Positions 1-10,035 of a DNA stretch of 58,963 bases are shown here, in pieces. This stretch comes from a virus (lineage: Duplodnaviria > Caudoviricetes). The number at the start of each line of letters is the position of its first letter. Position 1 is the first letter of the stretch. The DNA lies in IMG/VR virus record IMGVR_UViG_3300025886_000023, positions 1-58,963 of that record; one strand, 5' to 3'. The position numbers were made by a program, and so were the translations under genes. A model generated the notes under the pieces. That model did no database searches and was not told where the DNA came from. It was given only the letters and a program-made list of their open reading frames with translations.

Positions 1-1
1 C

Positions 2-517
2 AATGGCGCAATGTATTTAACAGGCCGTATTCAGACTGCCGACAAGCAGAATGGAAACGGACGAGTGTATCCTTTTGAAGTCCTAAAGCGTGAGGTCGAT
101 AATTATAAAAAGATTGTTGCCGACCATCGTGCTTGTGGAGAACTTGATCATCCAGATGACTCTGTGGTGAATCTCAAGAATGTATCACACATGATTGTTG
201 ATTGCTGGTGGGAAGGAAAAGATGTAATGGGCAAAATGAAAGTCCTTGACACTCCTTCTGGCAAGACACTAAAAGAACTTATAAATGCTGGAGTTAAGCT
301 CGGCATATCTTCTCGCGGACTTGGGTCTGTTAGAGAAAGCATGGGCAAGACAGTTGTTGAAAATGATTTCCAATTAATCTGCTTTGATATTGTCTCAGAA
401 CCATCAACTCCAAATGCTTTTGTCTCACCAGACAAGCAAGCAGCATCTCCCATGAGAATGCGAGAGAACAAACAAAATACAATTGACGATCTATTTAACA
501 AGATCTTGAGGGATTAA
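2..517 (+). CDS. Prohead core protease (T4 gp21-like), 5'-truncated by window edge
   Basis: NGNGRVYP, GELDHP, LGISSRGLGS and FDIVSEPSTPNA motifs of gp21-type proteases; frame open to window start. Confidence 0.9.
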   Translation, partial: NGAMYLTGRIQTADKQNGNGRVYPFEVLKREVDNYKKIVADHRACGELDHPDDSVVNLKNVSHMIVDCWWEGKDVMGKMKVLDTPSGKTLKELINAGVKLGISSRGLGSVRESMGKTVVENDFQLICFDIVSEPSTPNAFVSPDKQAASPMRMRENKQNTIDDLFNKILRD

Positions 518-948
518 TGGATAAAAAAGAATTAAAGAAAATGCTTAAGCCTTTAATTAAAGAGTGCATCAAAGAAGTAATGTTCGAAGATGGCACTCTT
601 TCCACTATTATTAGTGAAGTTATGAAAGGTACAGGAGCTTCTCAACCAATTGTTGAGAATAGACGGCCAAAAACTCCTCAAGTACAAACTCGTTTGGAAA
701 GTGACGACGAGGCTAAAGCAAGAATTAAAGCAAAACAACAAAAGCTCATGGAAGCAATGGGAACCGGTGCCTACAATGGCGTTAATCTTTTTGAAGGAAC
801 CACTCCAGCGCCGTCACCATCGTCAGCTAAGGGACAAGGTGCTCTATCCGGAGTTGCCTCAAATGACTCTGGAGTTGACATTACTAAACTAATGGGCAAA
901 ACATCAGCCATTTGGCACAAGATGAAAGAGAAAAAAAATGGGATATAA
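517..948 (+). CDS. Hypothetical protein, probable prohead core/internal protein
   Basis: 143-aa ORF coupled to the protease stop; several [LIV]-x-E motifs (LIKE, IISE, IVE, RLE, LFE). Confidence 0.6.
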   Translation: MDKKELKKMLKPLIKECIKEVMFEDGTLSTIISEVMKGTGASQPIVENRRPKTPQVQTRLESDDEAKARIKAKQQKLMEAMGTGAYNGVNLFEGTTPAPSPSSAKGQGALSGVASNDSGVDITKLMGKTSAIWHKMKEKKNGI

Positions 949-1153
949 TTATCAATACAAATTAAAAAGAGGTGAAGATGTCGCCCGAGCAATCAAAAAG
1001 TTTTCACGCAAATGTAAGAAACTTGGTATTGTTCAAGAAATACGAGATCGTAGACATTATATAAAACCTTCAATGAAAAAGAGACTCGCTAAAAAACGAG
1101 CCATTGCGCGTCATCGTAAAGAACTGGCAAAACAAAGAAAATCAACTAATTAA
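938..1153 (+). CDS. rpsU: Phage-encoded 30S ribosomal protein bS21
   Basis: 71 aa, very basic; GEDVARAIKKFSRKCKKLGIVQEIRDRRHYIKPSMKKR matches the bS21 pattern (E.A.rrFkr..k.G...e.r.r.hY.KPS.kr). Confidence 0.9.
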   Translation: MGYNYQYKLKRGEDVARAIKKFSRKCKKLGIVQEIRDRRHYIKPSMKKRLAKKRAIARHRKELAKQRKSTN

Positions 1154-1170
1154 TACGGTAGGAGTGTAAA

Positions 1171-1560
1171 ATGTCTAATATTTATAGTGCTGGTTTAAGC
1201 AATGTGGGATCATATCAAGTAAGTGGAATACCATTCTTGTCAGGGACATTAGATGCTACTAATGGGTTACTTATAGATTTTCCTTATGTTTCGAGATGGG
1301 TAGTAGTACACAATTCTGGCACAGTCGGCGGTCCCGGATTAAATATTACGCTTAATCCAAATACCAATGTAAATGTTTATACTATTCAGGCTGGACAACA
1401 ATCTCCAAGACTGGAATTAAAATTAACTGGACTAGCCTTAGAAGGCGGTGTTGCTGGTGGTGTATCTGTTATAGCTGGATTAACTAATCTTCCTGTATCA
1501 AGAATAAATAACATCAGCCCATCAGGTTCTAACTGGTCAGGCTCTGTTGGAGTAGGTTAA
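1171..1560 (+). CDS. Hypothetical virion protein
   Basis: SD GGAG, late motif upstream, Gly/Ser-rich beta-type sequence, in head module. Confidence 0.6.
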   Translation: MSNIYSAGLSNVGSYQVSGIPFLSGTLDATNGLLIDFPYVSRWVVVHNSGTVGGPGLNITLNPNTNVNVYTIQAGQQSPRLELKLTGLALEGGVAGGVSVIAGLTNLPVSRINNISPSGSNWSGSVGVG

Positions 1561-2222
1561 TGGCTGAATTTGGCTGGGCTTATATTGAGTGCTCAAGTTC
1601 TGGTGGTGGCAGTGGTTCTGGGTCAGCAGCCGCTGGCCCAACTGGATCTGTCCAGTTCAAACATGCTGGTATCTCAATCACTGGTTCAGATTACTTTATT
1701 TTTCATACTGCCTCTGCTCCTTTCGAATTAAGGCTTACTGGTACTCTATCTGTCAGCGGAACTATTAATGCGAACGAACTTAATATTAATGTAACCAATA
1801 AAAGTGTCATTAATCTTGATGTCTCTGGTAATACTAAGTTCGGAGACACTGAAGATGATACTCACCAATATACAGGAAGCTTCTTTATTAGTGGAGCAAT
1901 GTATAAGACATTTAAAGAAGTAACAGGCCCTCTGGGCACAATTTATTCAGCTAGCATTGCGGATTATTATATTGGTGTTAGTGGTAGTAATAGCTATATC
2001 ATACGACTTCCTAGCGCTAGTGCTGGAACTGCTGGTAGAACTTTAGTAATTAAAGATGAATGGAATTCTGGAAGTGCCCGTGTTGGAGACCCAATTACGG
2101 TTTACCCAGCCCATCTTTCTAGTGATTTAATTGATGGCTCTACGCAGTATTTGATTGAAGGAACAGAAATGGCAGCTATTTCTTTATACTCGACAGGTAA
2201 CGGTCACTGGTTTGTATTCTAA
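1560..2222 (+). CDS. Fibre/decoration-like virion protein (paralog 1)
   Basis: Shares the TGTL.VSG.INANELNINVTNK.VINLDVSG.TKFGDT.DDTHQ.TGS block and the C-terminal LP..G..LVIKDE..IDG domain with the next gene. Confidence 0.65.
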   Translation: MAEFGWAYIECSSSGGGSGSGSAAAGPTGSVQFKHAGISITGSDYFIFHTASAPFELRLTGTLSVSGTINANELNINVTNKSVINLDVSGNTKFGDTEDDTHQYTGSFFISGAMYKTFKEVTGPLGTIYSASIADYYIGVSGSNSYIIRLPSASAGTAGRTLVIKDEWNSGSARVGDPITVYPAHLSSDLIDGSTQYLIEGTEMAAISLYSTGNGHWFVF

Positions 2223-2241
2223 TTCAGAGAGGTAATTAAAA

Positions 2242-3189
2242 ATGAGTTATAATATAATTACCGGCTCTGTGACGACCACTGGATTAGAAATTTCTGGTGC
2301 TTTCAGCGGATCATACATGGGTGATGGCGCAGCTTTAACAAGTGTAAGTCACTTCGGTCAAATTGATTTTGATCAACAGAGAGTTGCTTTATTTTCTAAT
2401 ACAGCCGATTCTTTTGGAGAATTAGATTTAAAAGGCGTAAGCGGATTTAATTATTTAACCTCAAGCAATACCTTAGAAGTTCCCGGTACTGGTTCATTTC
2501 CTCGTCTTAATTTGCTAGATATACAATCTGGAAGTGTGCCAATTGAAAGATACTTGGGTATAACACACGCTGGTGAAGTGGTCTTAACTTCTTCTACTGG
2601 TGGTGGTATCCTAACCTCGGGTTCTGGCCCGATTAACTCAGTCCAAATCCATACAGGTGCTGGAATGCTATCTGGGTCAGCATCGCTTTTATTTAACGCT
2701 TCTACAAACACAATGGTATTAACCGGAACCTTAGATGTCTCTGGAGCAATTAACGCCAATGAACTCAACATTAATGTAACTAATAAAAATGTCATTAATT
2801 TAGATGTCTCGGGCTCGACGAAGTTTGGAGACACTCCAGACGACACCCATCAATTAACAGGCAGTGTTTTAATAAGTGGTTCATTAGCGGCAACGCATAG
2901 AGTCATTAGTGTTTCTTCATATACTATTTTGTATACAGACTATTTGGTTGGCGTAAATACACAAACGATTAGTGCTATTTGTACTTTAACTTTGCCTCTT
3001 GCCAATACTTTACCAGATGGGCAAATGTTAGTTATAAAAGATGAACAAGGATCAGCAAATACTTGGAATATTAAAGTTACTTCTAGTGGTGCCGATACTA
3101 TTGACGGCCAAAGCAGTATTATGTTGGAATCGTCCTATGGTGCCCTAAACCTATATACCAATGGAAATGATAAATATTTTATTTATTAA
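2242..3189 (+). CDS. Fibre/decoration-like virion protein (paralog 2)
   Basis: Paralogous to 1560..2222; SD GAGG. Confidence 0.65.
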   Translation: MSYNIITGSVTTTGLEISGAFSGSYMGDGAALTSVSHFGQIDFDQQRVALFSNTADSFGELDLKGVSGFNYLTSSNTLEVPGTGSFPRLNLLDIQSGSVPIERYLGITHAGEVVLTSSTGGGILTSGSGPINSVQIHTGAGMLSGSASLLFNASTNTMVLTGTLDVSGAINANELNINVTNKNVINLDVSGSTKFGDTPDDTHQLTGSVLISGSLAATHRVISVSSYTILYTDYLVGVNTQTISAICTLTLPLANTLPDGQMLVIKDEQGSANTWNIKVTSSGADTIDGQSSIMLESSYGALNLYTNGNDKYFIY

Positions 3190-3223
3190 TGTAAATTAGG
3201 AATTTATAAGTCTATTTAAAGTA

Positions 3224-3276
3224 GCGCCAGTGATGTCTCTAAAACCCTGTGTTGACGGGCATCACAGCCATGGCGC
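3224..3276 (+). promoter_or_regulatory. Structured 5' leader (nested hairpin)
   Basis: GCGCCA(3224)/TGGCGC(3271) outer stem and GTGATGTCT(3230)/GGGCATCAC(3257) inner stem, between the late motif at 3212 and SD GGAGG. Confidence 0.5.
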
Positions 3277-3297
3277 GTTTTATGGAGGATATAAATT

Positions 3298-4737
3298 ATG
3301 GCTTATAAATTTCAATTAGGTTCCGCGCAAATGTCGGGTAACCTATTGCAAGAAGGTACACTTACTTCTGAAGGCGCTTTTGTTGGTGAAACAACAATTT
3401 CAGGTGCTGGTCAGATCGCTGGTGGATCTCTTGACATTCTAGGTGCTGCTGATATCGATGGTGCCCTTACTGCTGCTAGTATCGTTTCTGATGCTCAAGT
3501 TAATGCTGGTACAAATCTTTCTGCTGCTGGTGAAATCGCTGGTGCTTCTTTAGACATAGCAGGTGCTGCTGACTTTGACGGTGCTCTTACCGCTCTTTCT
3601 GTTGCTTCTGATTCATTTGTTAACGCTGCTACTAATGTTTCTGCTGCTGGCGAAATCGCTGGTGGTTCTTTAGACATAGCTCTTGCTGCTGATATCGATG
3701 GTGCCTTAACTGCTGGTTCTGTTGCTTCTGATGCTGCTGTTACTGCCGTAACAAATGTTTCTGCTGCTGCTCAACTTGCTGGTGACAACCTTAATCTTGG
3801 TGGTGGTAACGCTACTGTTTCTGCTGCTGGTGCTCTTTTTGCTGCTACTTCAATTTCTGGTAATTCATTAGCGCTTCACGGTGGACTTGCTAGCATTTCT
3901 GCTGGTGGTGTTATTGACTTTGCTTCTGGTGATGTTCGTGGTGCCTTAACTGCTGGTTCAGTTAGTTCTGATGCTACTGTTGTTGCTGCTACAAATGTTT
4001 CTGCTGCTGGTGAAGTTGCGGGTGGTTCACTTGATATCGCACTTGCTGCTGATATCGATGGTGCTCTTACTGCTGGTTCAGTTAGTTCTGATGCTACTGT
4101 TGTTGCTGCTACAAATGTTTCTGCTGCTGGTCAAGTTATTGGTGCAGATTTAGTTTTCGGAAATGCTGTTAAGCTCGGTGCTGATACAGTTATTGATGTA
4201 AACGCTAACATTACTGCTGGAACAGCTAACCTTTTCGCAATCTCAGGTTCTGAAACACTTCAGATCGCTGGTACTGTTCGACTTGATGGTGTTTCGAATG
4301 CTGATGCTCCGGCAATTGCTGCTGATAGTATCTATTTCTTGGATGCTACCGACAGTCTCATGAAGGCTATGACAATGAGTGAATACGCTACTGCTATCGC
4401 TGGTCCGGGTCTTACTGCTACTAACGGTCAGTTAAGTTCTGATGCTGCTGCTGCGCCAAACGGTATTGGCAATGCGAATGCTAGCTTGGTTGAAGGTTTC
4501 AACTATGGTACAACCACTTTTGATGCTGATCGTACTTGGACACTTCCAGCGTCACCATCTGCTGGTGATCTTGTTCGTGTTAAAGCTCCTAATAGTTTAG
4601 GTGGATTTAAGATTAACATTGCTCGTGGAGACGCGGGTCATTCAATTGACGGTGTTGCGGGACCAATAGAATTAGAATCAGATGCTGGTGCTCTTTCATT
4701 CGTCTATGTTGCTGCTAACGATTGGAGAATTATCTAA
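3298..4737 (+). CDS. Ala/Gly-rich repeat fibre/decoration protein, probably abundant
   Basis: ~40-aa repeats (NVSAAGEIAGGSLDIA.AADIDGALTAGSV.SD); C-terminal TLPASPSAGD..IDG domain; strong GCT/GGT codon bias like the MCP; own promoter and terminator. Confidence 0.7.
   Translation: MAYKFQLGSAQMSGNLLQEGTLTSEGAFVGETTISGAGQIAGGSLDILGAADIDGALTAASIVSDAQVNAGTNLSAAGEIAGASLDIAGAADFDGALTALSVASDSFVNAATNVSAAGEIAGGSLDIALAADIDGALTAGSVASDAAVTAVTNVSAAAQLAGDNLNLGGGNATVSAAGALFAATSISGNSLALHGGLASISAGGVIDFASGDVRGALTAGSVSSDATVVAATNVSAAGEVAGGSLDIALAADIDGALTAGSVSSDATVVAATNVSAAGQVIGADLVFGNAVKLGADTVIDVNANITAGTANLFAISGSETLQIAGTVRLDGVSNADAPAIAADSIYFLDATDSLMKAMTMSEYATAIAGPGLTATNGQLSSDAAAAPNGIGNANASLVEGFNYGTTTFDADRTWTLPASPSAGDLVRVKAPNSLGGFKINIARGDAGHSIDGVAGPIELESDAGALSFVYVAANDWRII
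3400..4135 (+). repeat. Intragenic 120-nt-period tandem repeats
   Basis: e.g. tgctggttcagttagttctgatgctactgttgttgctgctacaaatgtttctgctgctggt identical at 3951 and 4071. Confidence 0.85.
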
Positions 4738-4783
4738 TCATACGATTGGATTATTTTTCTATACCATTGGTATATATTTCTGT

Positions 4784-4813
4784 GGAGGTTGGCTTCGGCC
4801 AGCCTCCCTTTTT
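4784..4813 (+). terminator. Rho-independent terminator
   Basis: GGAGGTTGGC-TTCG-GCCAGCCTCC followed by T-tract. Confidence 0.85.
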
Positions 4814-4853
4814 ATTATCTAGAGCCTAATTATGGATAGTAAGAGGAAATAAA

Positions 4854-6215
4854 ATGGCGTATTCGAAACCCAGCACAAAAATGAAGAAATTGGGATCAAA
4901 ATTAATTGATACACATGAAGAACAAATAATTGTCGGAGCGAAGACTTTTAACCAATTGACAGCCTCAGTGGGTATTTCTTCTAAAGGACCAGTTGAAGCA
5001 CCTTCATTCCACGGAGACGGCTCGCATTTGACAGGAATGTCTTATGTAACACCAGCAGGAAACAATGGAGAATTACAATTTAATAATGAAGGCCAATTTT
5101 CTTCAACGGAAAAAATAGTTTTTGATAATGACACCCTTAATGTCACCGGTAAAATTACTACTAATACAGTAATAGCTGATGAAATACTTGGAGATGGCGC
5201 AGGGCTCATAAATGTAAGTGTTGAATCGAAAAACATTGCTGGGATGATAACAGCAGAACAGATTAATACCCAAGGTGCTATTCAAAATATTAATGGTAAT
5301 TTAGAAGTTATCCTTTCAGATAAAAGTGGACTTGTAGTAAAAGAAGGCGGCCTAGGTATTAGCTTATCAAATTTTAATCATACTAAATATTCGGATAGTC
5401 TAAGTATAATAGTTGCCAATTCAATGAATTCTAATTTTAAACTTAGTCTACAAACAATTGAAGAGCACATCAAAGCTAACGCTTCTAAATTAAAAGGTAC
5501 TATCCCAAATTCTATACTTCCTAAAATTATTTATGCGAATGCCTTTGTGGGAGATGGTTCTCAATTAACTAATGTAACTGCCGAACCTGTTCCTACTGGT
5601 GAAGATTCAGAGGTTCAATTTAACTTAAACGGAACTTTTGGTTCAACTGCTAATTTTGCGTACTTAAATGATTCTAATATGCTTAAGGTTCACGGAACTG
5701 TTAATGCTTCAACTGCTGTTAAAACTAATGAAGTTCATCTCAACAGTATGATCATTGGCGGAGATATTATTATAGATACAAATAAAAACTTTAATGTAAC
5801 TAGAATAAGGTGTGAAGATGCCTATGTAAATCAAAACTTAATGGTAATTGAAGATGTTATTGCGAATAAATTTATTGGCGATGGGTCAGAGTTAAGCGGA
5901 TTACCCGTACAAAGCTTTGAAAATTATAAAGAAAATAGTGTTCTTTTCTGTGGCGCTTCTGAAGGTGAAATTAAGTCTTTACCCGTCATTACCTTCAATG
6001 ATCCAAATTTATTGATGAATACAGATGTTAAAATCAATGGCAACTTAGTGGTAGAAAAAGAAATACAGTTTGGAATTACTACGACAAAGCCGAAGTCACA
6101 GGATATGGTTAATAATTCTGCTCAATTCTATTTAGATGAAAGTAATTCCGATCTAAGAATTAAAATTAAATTAGGTGATGGCACCATTAAAGAAGGCTCT
6201 ATTTGGGTGGATTAA
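4854..6215 (+). CDS. Tail/head fibre-like protein
   Basis: Repeated F.GDGS.LT and G...E.QFN..G.F motifs typical of phage fibres. Confidence 0.65.
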   Translation: MAYSKPSTKMKKLGSKLIDTHEEQIIVGAKTFNQLTASVGISSKGPVEAPSFHGDGSHLTGMSYVTPAGNNGELQFNNEGQFSSTEKIVFDNDTLNVTGKITTNTVIADEILGDGAGLINVSVESKNIAGMITAEQINTQGAIQNINGNLEVILSDKSGLVVKEGGLGISLSNFNHTKYSDSLSIIVANSMNSNFKLSLQTIEEHIKANASKLKGTIPNSILPKIIYANAFVGDGSQLTNVTAEPVPTGEDSEVQFNLNGTFGSTANFAYLNDSNMLKVHGTVNASTAVKTNEVHLNSMIIGGDIIIDTNKNFNVTRIRCEDAYVNQNLMVIEDVIANKFIGDGSELSGLPVQSFENYKENSVLFCGASEGEIKSLPVITFNDPNLLMNTDVKINGNLVVEKEIQFGITTTKPKSQDMVNNSAQFYLDESNSDLRIKIKLGDGTIKEGSIWVD

Positions 6216-6284
6216 TCTCTAATCTTCTTTTTCCTCACAAAAACACTAATTAATGGTGATAAACTATTTCTAGGAGAAATCTGA

Positions 6285-7487
6285 ATGTCTTCAATGTTAG
6301 AACAAGCGATTATTGATGCTACCACACTTCGCGAAGCAGCACTTAAAAGTGCGGAACAGGCCATCATTGAAAAATATGCCCCTCAAATAAAAGATGCCGT
6401 TGAGCACCTATTAGAAAATAATGACCCACAACCCTCAATGGCTGTCGGATCATTTGTAAAGCACCTTGAATCTAATCAAACTGGACATATACGATCAATT
6501 GATGAAGATGGATATCAAGTCGAAGGCGTAGATGGCCAAGTTTTCTTGGCAGAAGCAGACGAGCTAGAAGAAACCGAAGTGCTTCAAGAAGAAGAAATGG
6601 GTGGAAATATTGCCTCTGTTGCAACATCTCAAGCCGTTGAAGCACCAATAGCTTCCGCTCCTGCTAGTGTCGTAGACCCTAACGCAGAAGCAGAACTCTC
6701 AATGGAGTTTGAATTTGATCCGTCCGATTTTGAAATTGATCTCGGAAGTATTCAACAACAAGCTCAAGCAGATCCAGACTCATCAGGAGAAACCCCAATT
6801 TCTACTTCTGAATTATTAGATGATCTCACTAATGAGCCAGAAATTGAAACTGATGAGAATACAATTGATGCTGAACTAGAATTACAAGAAGTTGTTGATC
6901 TTGTCTCTGAAATTCTCGCCGAAGAGGAAGAAGTGATTGAAGAAGAACTAGTTGTAGATACAAGCCAACAAAAGCATGGTTGGACAGTTACAGATGTAGG
7001 AACACGCACCTACGACCAAGAATTAAGTCTTGCAAGATTGCAAGGGACAGAAGCCAAGAAGGAAAATGAACTCCTTAACAAAGCCCTTGAAGATATCAAA
7101 GAGACAATGAATAATAATAAAAAAGATACTTTACAAATCATTGATGTTGTAAAGCAACTAAAAGAAAAACTCGATGAGACCCTTATTTCTAATGCTCGTC
7201 TTGTTTATATGAATAAAACTTTAAGCGATGCCTCCCTGAATGAGCGACAAAAACATAAAATTGTTGAAGCCATCGCAACGGCAAACTCAGCCGAAGAAGC
7301 TAAGACTCTACATGAGACTCTAACTGCTACAGTGGGATCAAGTTCTAAAACTGCTCCAAAATCACTAAGCGAGTCTGTAAATAGAAAATCTAATCTTTCT
7401 TCGATGATGCCTAGGCGAAATGATAATGTGGTTACCGAGTCCCTGTCATTTGCTGATAGAATGAAAAAACTCGCTGGTATTAATTAA
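6285..7487 (+). CDS. Prohead core scaffolding protein (gp22-like position)
   Basis: Acidic coiled-coil protein directly upstream of the MCP; ends RMKKLAGI; many L-x-E sites. Confidence 0.75.
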   Translation: MSSMLEQAIIDATTLREAALKSAEQAIIEKYAPQIKDAVEHLLENNDPQPSMAVGSFVKHLESNQTGHIRSIDEDGYQVEGVDGQVFLAEADELEETEVLQEEEMGGNIASVATSQAVEAPIASAPASVVDPNAEAELSMEFEFDPSDFEIDLGSIQQQAQADPDSSGETPISTSELLDDLTNEPEIETDENTIDAELELQEVVDLVSEILAEEEEVIEEELVVDTSQQKHGWTVTDVGTRTYDQELSLARLQGTEAKKENELLNKALEDIKETMNNNKKDTLQIIDVVKQLKEKLDETLISNARLVYMNKTLSDASLNERQKHKIVEAIATANSAEEAKTLHETLTATVGSSSKTAPKSLSESVNRKSNLSSMMPRRNDNVVTESLSFADRMKKLAGIN

Positions 7488-7511
7488 AACATTTTTGGAG
7501 GTATTAAAAAA

Positions 7512-9266
7512 ATGTCTATTATAGAATCTCTAACAGAGGGTATGGTCCAACGCGATATGGCGAAAGAAGGTGCCGCTCTCTTAAACAAATGGAGTCAAAC
7601 AGGACTTCTTGAAGGATTGGAAACAGATCACTCAAGAACGACTATGGCTCGATTGCTTGAAAACCAAGCCAAGGAACTTCTTCGTGAAGCTTCTACAATG
7701 GCTTCTGGGGATGTAGAAGGTTTTGCTTCTGTCGCATTTCCTATCGTTCGTCGCGTATTCGCCGGACTTATTGCTAATGATCTTGTAAGTGTTCAACCGA
7801 TGTCTTTGCCATCTGGTTTGATCTTCTTCCTTGACTTTACAACATCAGCAGATGGTGCTGGTCTTCCAAGACTTGGATATCCAACTCCTGCTAGTTCACT
7901 CTATGGTGGTGGACGAATTGCTGCTCAAATTACCGGTGGTGTAATTTTGACTGGTCAAGATGCTGAACGCGGTCCTTACGCGCTCAACAACGGTTATTCA
8001 TCTCCTACAGCAAGTATTGCTATTACAACAACACTTGTTGGTTCAGGTACTGTTGGTGAAGGTGGAACTTCTATTTTCGCATCACCACAGAAAGGCGCAC
8101 TTGGTGGCACTGATTATGACAACATTACTCTTCTTGATTTTGATGTTGACCTTGTAAGTGGTTCTGCTTGGGCCGCTGCTACAGTTCCAAAATCACTACT
8201 TACAACTGGTCAATTCAATTTTGATGATTATATAACCATCTCTATGACTGGTTCTGGTGGAGCTACTGACGGTGCTCTTGTTCGACGATTAACTCGCGAA
8301 GATCCTTATAATTCTGCTAATGTACTTTTCATCTTGGGTGCTACTGGATCAGAAAGCGCAACAGCCATGGCAGATGAGCTTGATGCTACAACTGCTGCTA
8401 ACGCTGCTATCACTGATAACTTTATCAATGGTGGATCTGTTGGTTCTATTATTGGAACAGACACATGGGGATTAGAAAACAATCCTAACATTCCAGAAAT
8501 CGACATCAAAGTTGATTCTGTAGCAATCACTGCTGTAACTAAGAAATTGAAAGCAAAGTGGACCCCTGAATTGGGTCAAGACTTGAATGCTTACCATAAC
8601 TTGGATGCTGAAGTGGAATTGACTTCAATTCTTTCTGAGCAAATTGCTCTTGAGATTGATCAAGAAATCCTTGAAGATCTTATTCGTGGTGCTGAAGCTG
8701 GTGTTTATTACTGGTCTCGTTCACCGGGTCTTTTCGTTAATCGTACTACTGGTATTGAAGTTGGAGCTTCTTCTGCTGCTCCTGATTTCACTGGTACCGT
8801 ATCAGAATGGTATGAAACCCTTCTTGAAACGATTAATGATATCTCAGCCCAAATCCATCGTAAGACACTTCGTGGCGCTGCTAACTTTGTAGTTTGTGGA
8901 CCAGAAGTTGCTAACATTATGGAATTCACCACTGGTTTCCGAGCCAATGTAACTGCTGACGCAGACAAAGGTGACATCGGCGCTGTTAAGGTTGGATCTC
9001 TTTCAAGAAAGTTTGATGTATATGTTGATCCATACTTCCCACGGAACCTTGTTCTCGTAGGTCGTCGTGGTAATTCATTCCTCGAAAGTGGATATGTATA
9101 TGCTCCGTATGTACCTCTCCAAGTGACACCTACCATCTTCGGCCCAGAAGACTTCGTTCCTCGCAAAGGCGTAATGACTCGCTATGCGAAGAAAATGGTT
9201 CGTCCTGACATGTACGGTCTTGTTATCGTTCGTGGACTTCTTGGTGAGTCTGGTTCTTCTGTCTAG
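7512..9266 (+). CDS. Major capsid protein (T4 gp23-like)
   Basis: ARLLENQ, VRRVF..LIANDLVSVQPMSLPSGLIF, KLKAKWTPEL.QDL.AYH.LDAE.EL, YAPYVPLQ, PRKGVMTRY. Confidence 0.97.
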   Translation: MSIIESLTEGMVQRDMAKEGAALLNKWSQTGLLEGLETDHSRTTMARLLENQAKELLREASTMASGDVEGFASVAFPIVRRVFAGLIANDLVSVQPMSLPSGLIFFLDFTTSADGAGLPRLGYPTPASSLYGGGRIAAQITGGVILTGQDAERGPYALNNGYSSPTASIAITTTLVGSGTVGEGGTSIFASPQKGALGGTDYDNITLLDFDVDLVSGSAWAAATVPKSLLTTGQFNFDDYITISMTGSGGATDGALVRRLTREDPYNSANVLFILGATGSESATAMADELDATTAANAAITDNFINGGSVGSIIGTDTWGLENNPNIPEIDIKVDSVAITAVTKKLKAKWTPELGQDLNAYHNLDAEVELTSILSEQIALEIDQEILEDLIRGAEAGVYYWSRSPGLFVNRTTGIEVGASSAAPDFTGTVSEWYETLLETINDISAQIHRKTLRGAANFVVCGPEVANIMEFTTGFRANVTADADKGDIGAVKVGSLSRKFDVYVDPYFPRNLVLVGRRGNSFLESGYVYAPYVPLQVTPTIFGPEDFVPRKGVMTRYAKKMVRPDMYGLVIVRGLLGESGSSV

Positions 9267-9292
9267 TATTAGATAGTAACCTTTTTACTACT

Positions 9293-9324
9293 AACCCCTC
9301 GGTCTTCGGATCGGGGGGTTTTTT
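9293..9324 (+). terminator. Rho-independent terminator after MCP
   Basis: AACCCCTCGGTC-TTCG-GATCGGGGGGTT + T-tract. Confidence 0.85.
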
Positions 9325-9402
9325 ACTTACAAGGCATACTAGTTATAATGAATCTTGGGATTCACAATGTATTTGACATGATTATAAACGGAGGGTTAAA
9401 AC

Positions 9403-9945
9403 ATGGGAAGTAGAAGAATAGGTCTTGCGAGAACGCAAGCATTGATACAACAATTAAAAAGAGAACTACAAATGAATGGTTCTAAATTTGTAGGAGAAAA
9501 AGAAAAGATAGTAGCGACCGCAGCGGCAAAGACATTAACTGCGGCTGATAGTGGGGCAACAATTGTTTGGTCTCATGATGCCGGTACAGGATTTAATATA
9601 ACATTACCAAAATGCGCTACTGGTTTACGCTTTACCGTAAGATTTGAAATAGGAACAGCCATAGCTGGACATCATATCACGGTTGGTGATGCGGGAGATC
9701 GTTTTTTTGGAACAGCAACAGTTGTAAGTACAACTAATGATAAACTTGCTGTACAACAAAAAGCTAAAGCACTTACAGATGCTAAATTTATTCACACACG
9801 GAGTGATTTACAAACTACTGGTGGAAATGCTGGAGATGTTATTGAAATTGTAGCTATAGACGATACACACTGGCTTGTTAATGCGAGACTTCATACTACA
9901 GGTAATAATCCCACTAGCCTTGCGGTCTTTAAAAACGAATCATAA
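9403..9945 (+). CDS. Hypothetical virion (decoration-like) protein
   Basis: Follows MCP; ITLP..G..F..GD.IE..WLV resembles the domain in the upstream paralogs. Confidence 0.55.
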   Translation: MGSRRIGLARTQALIQQLKRELQMNGSKFVGEKEKIVATAAAKTLTAADSGATIVWSHDAGTGFNITLPKCATGLRFTVRFEIGTAIAGHHITVGDAGDRFFGTATVVSTTNDKLAVQQKAKALTDAKFIHTRSDLQTTGGNAGDVIEIVAIDDTHWLVNARLHTTGNNPTSLAVFKNES

Positions 9946-9970
9946 TAATATTCTATTAGATTATTTATAC

Positions 9971-10004
9971 TTCCCTCTAGCTTTATTGGCTAGGGGGATT
10001 TTTT
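9971..10004 (+). terminator. Rho-independent terminator
   Basis: TCCCTCTAGC...GCTAGGGGGA + T-tract. Confidence 0.75.
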
Positions 10005-10035
10005 ATTTTAAAACTATTTAATGACGAGGTAAGTT

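Noticed and set aside
3400-4135. Repeats as a CRISPR array or DGR template/variable pair
   Set aside because: In-frame coding repeats, no unique spacers, no adenine-specific variation, no reverse transcriptase in the window
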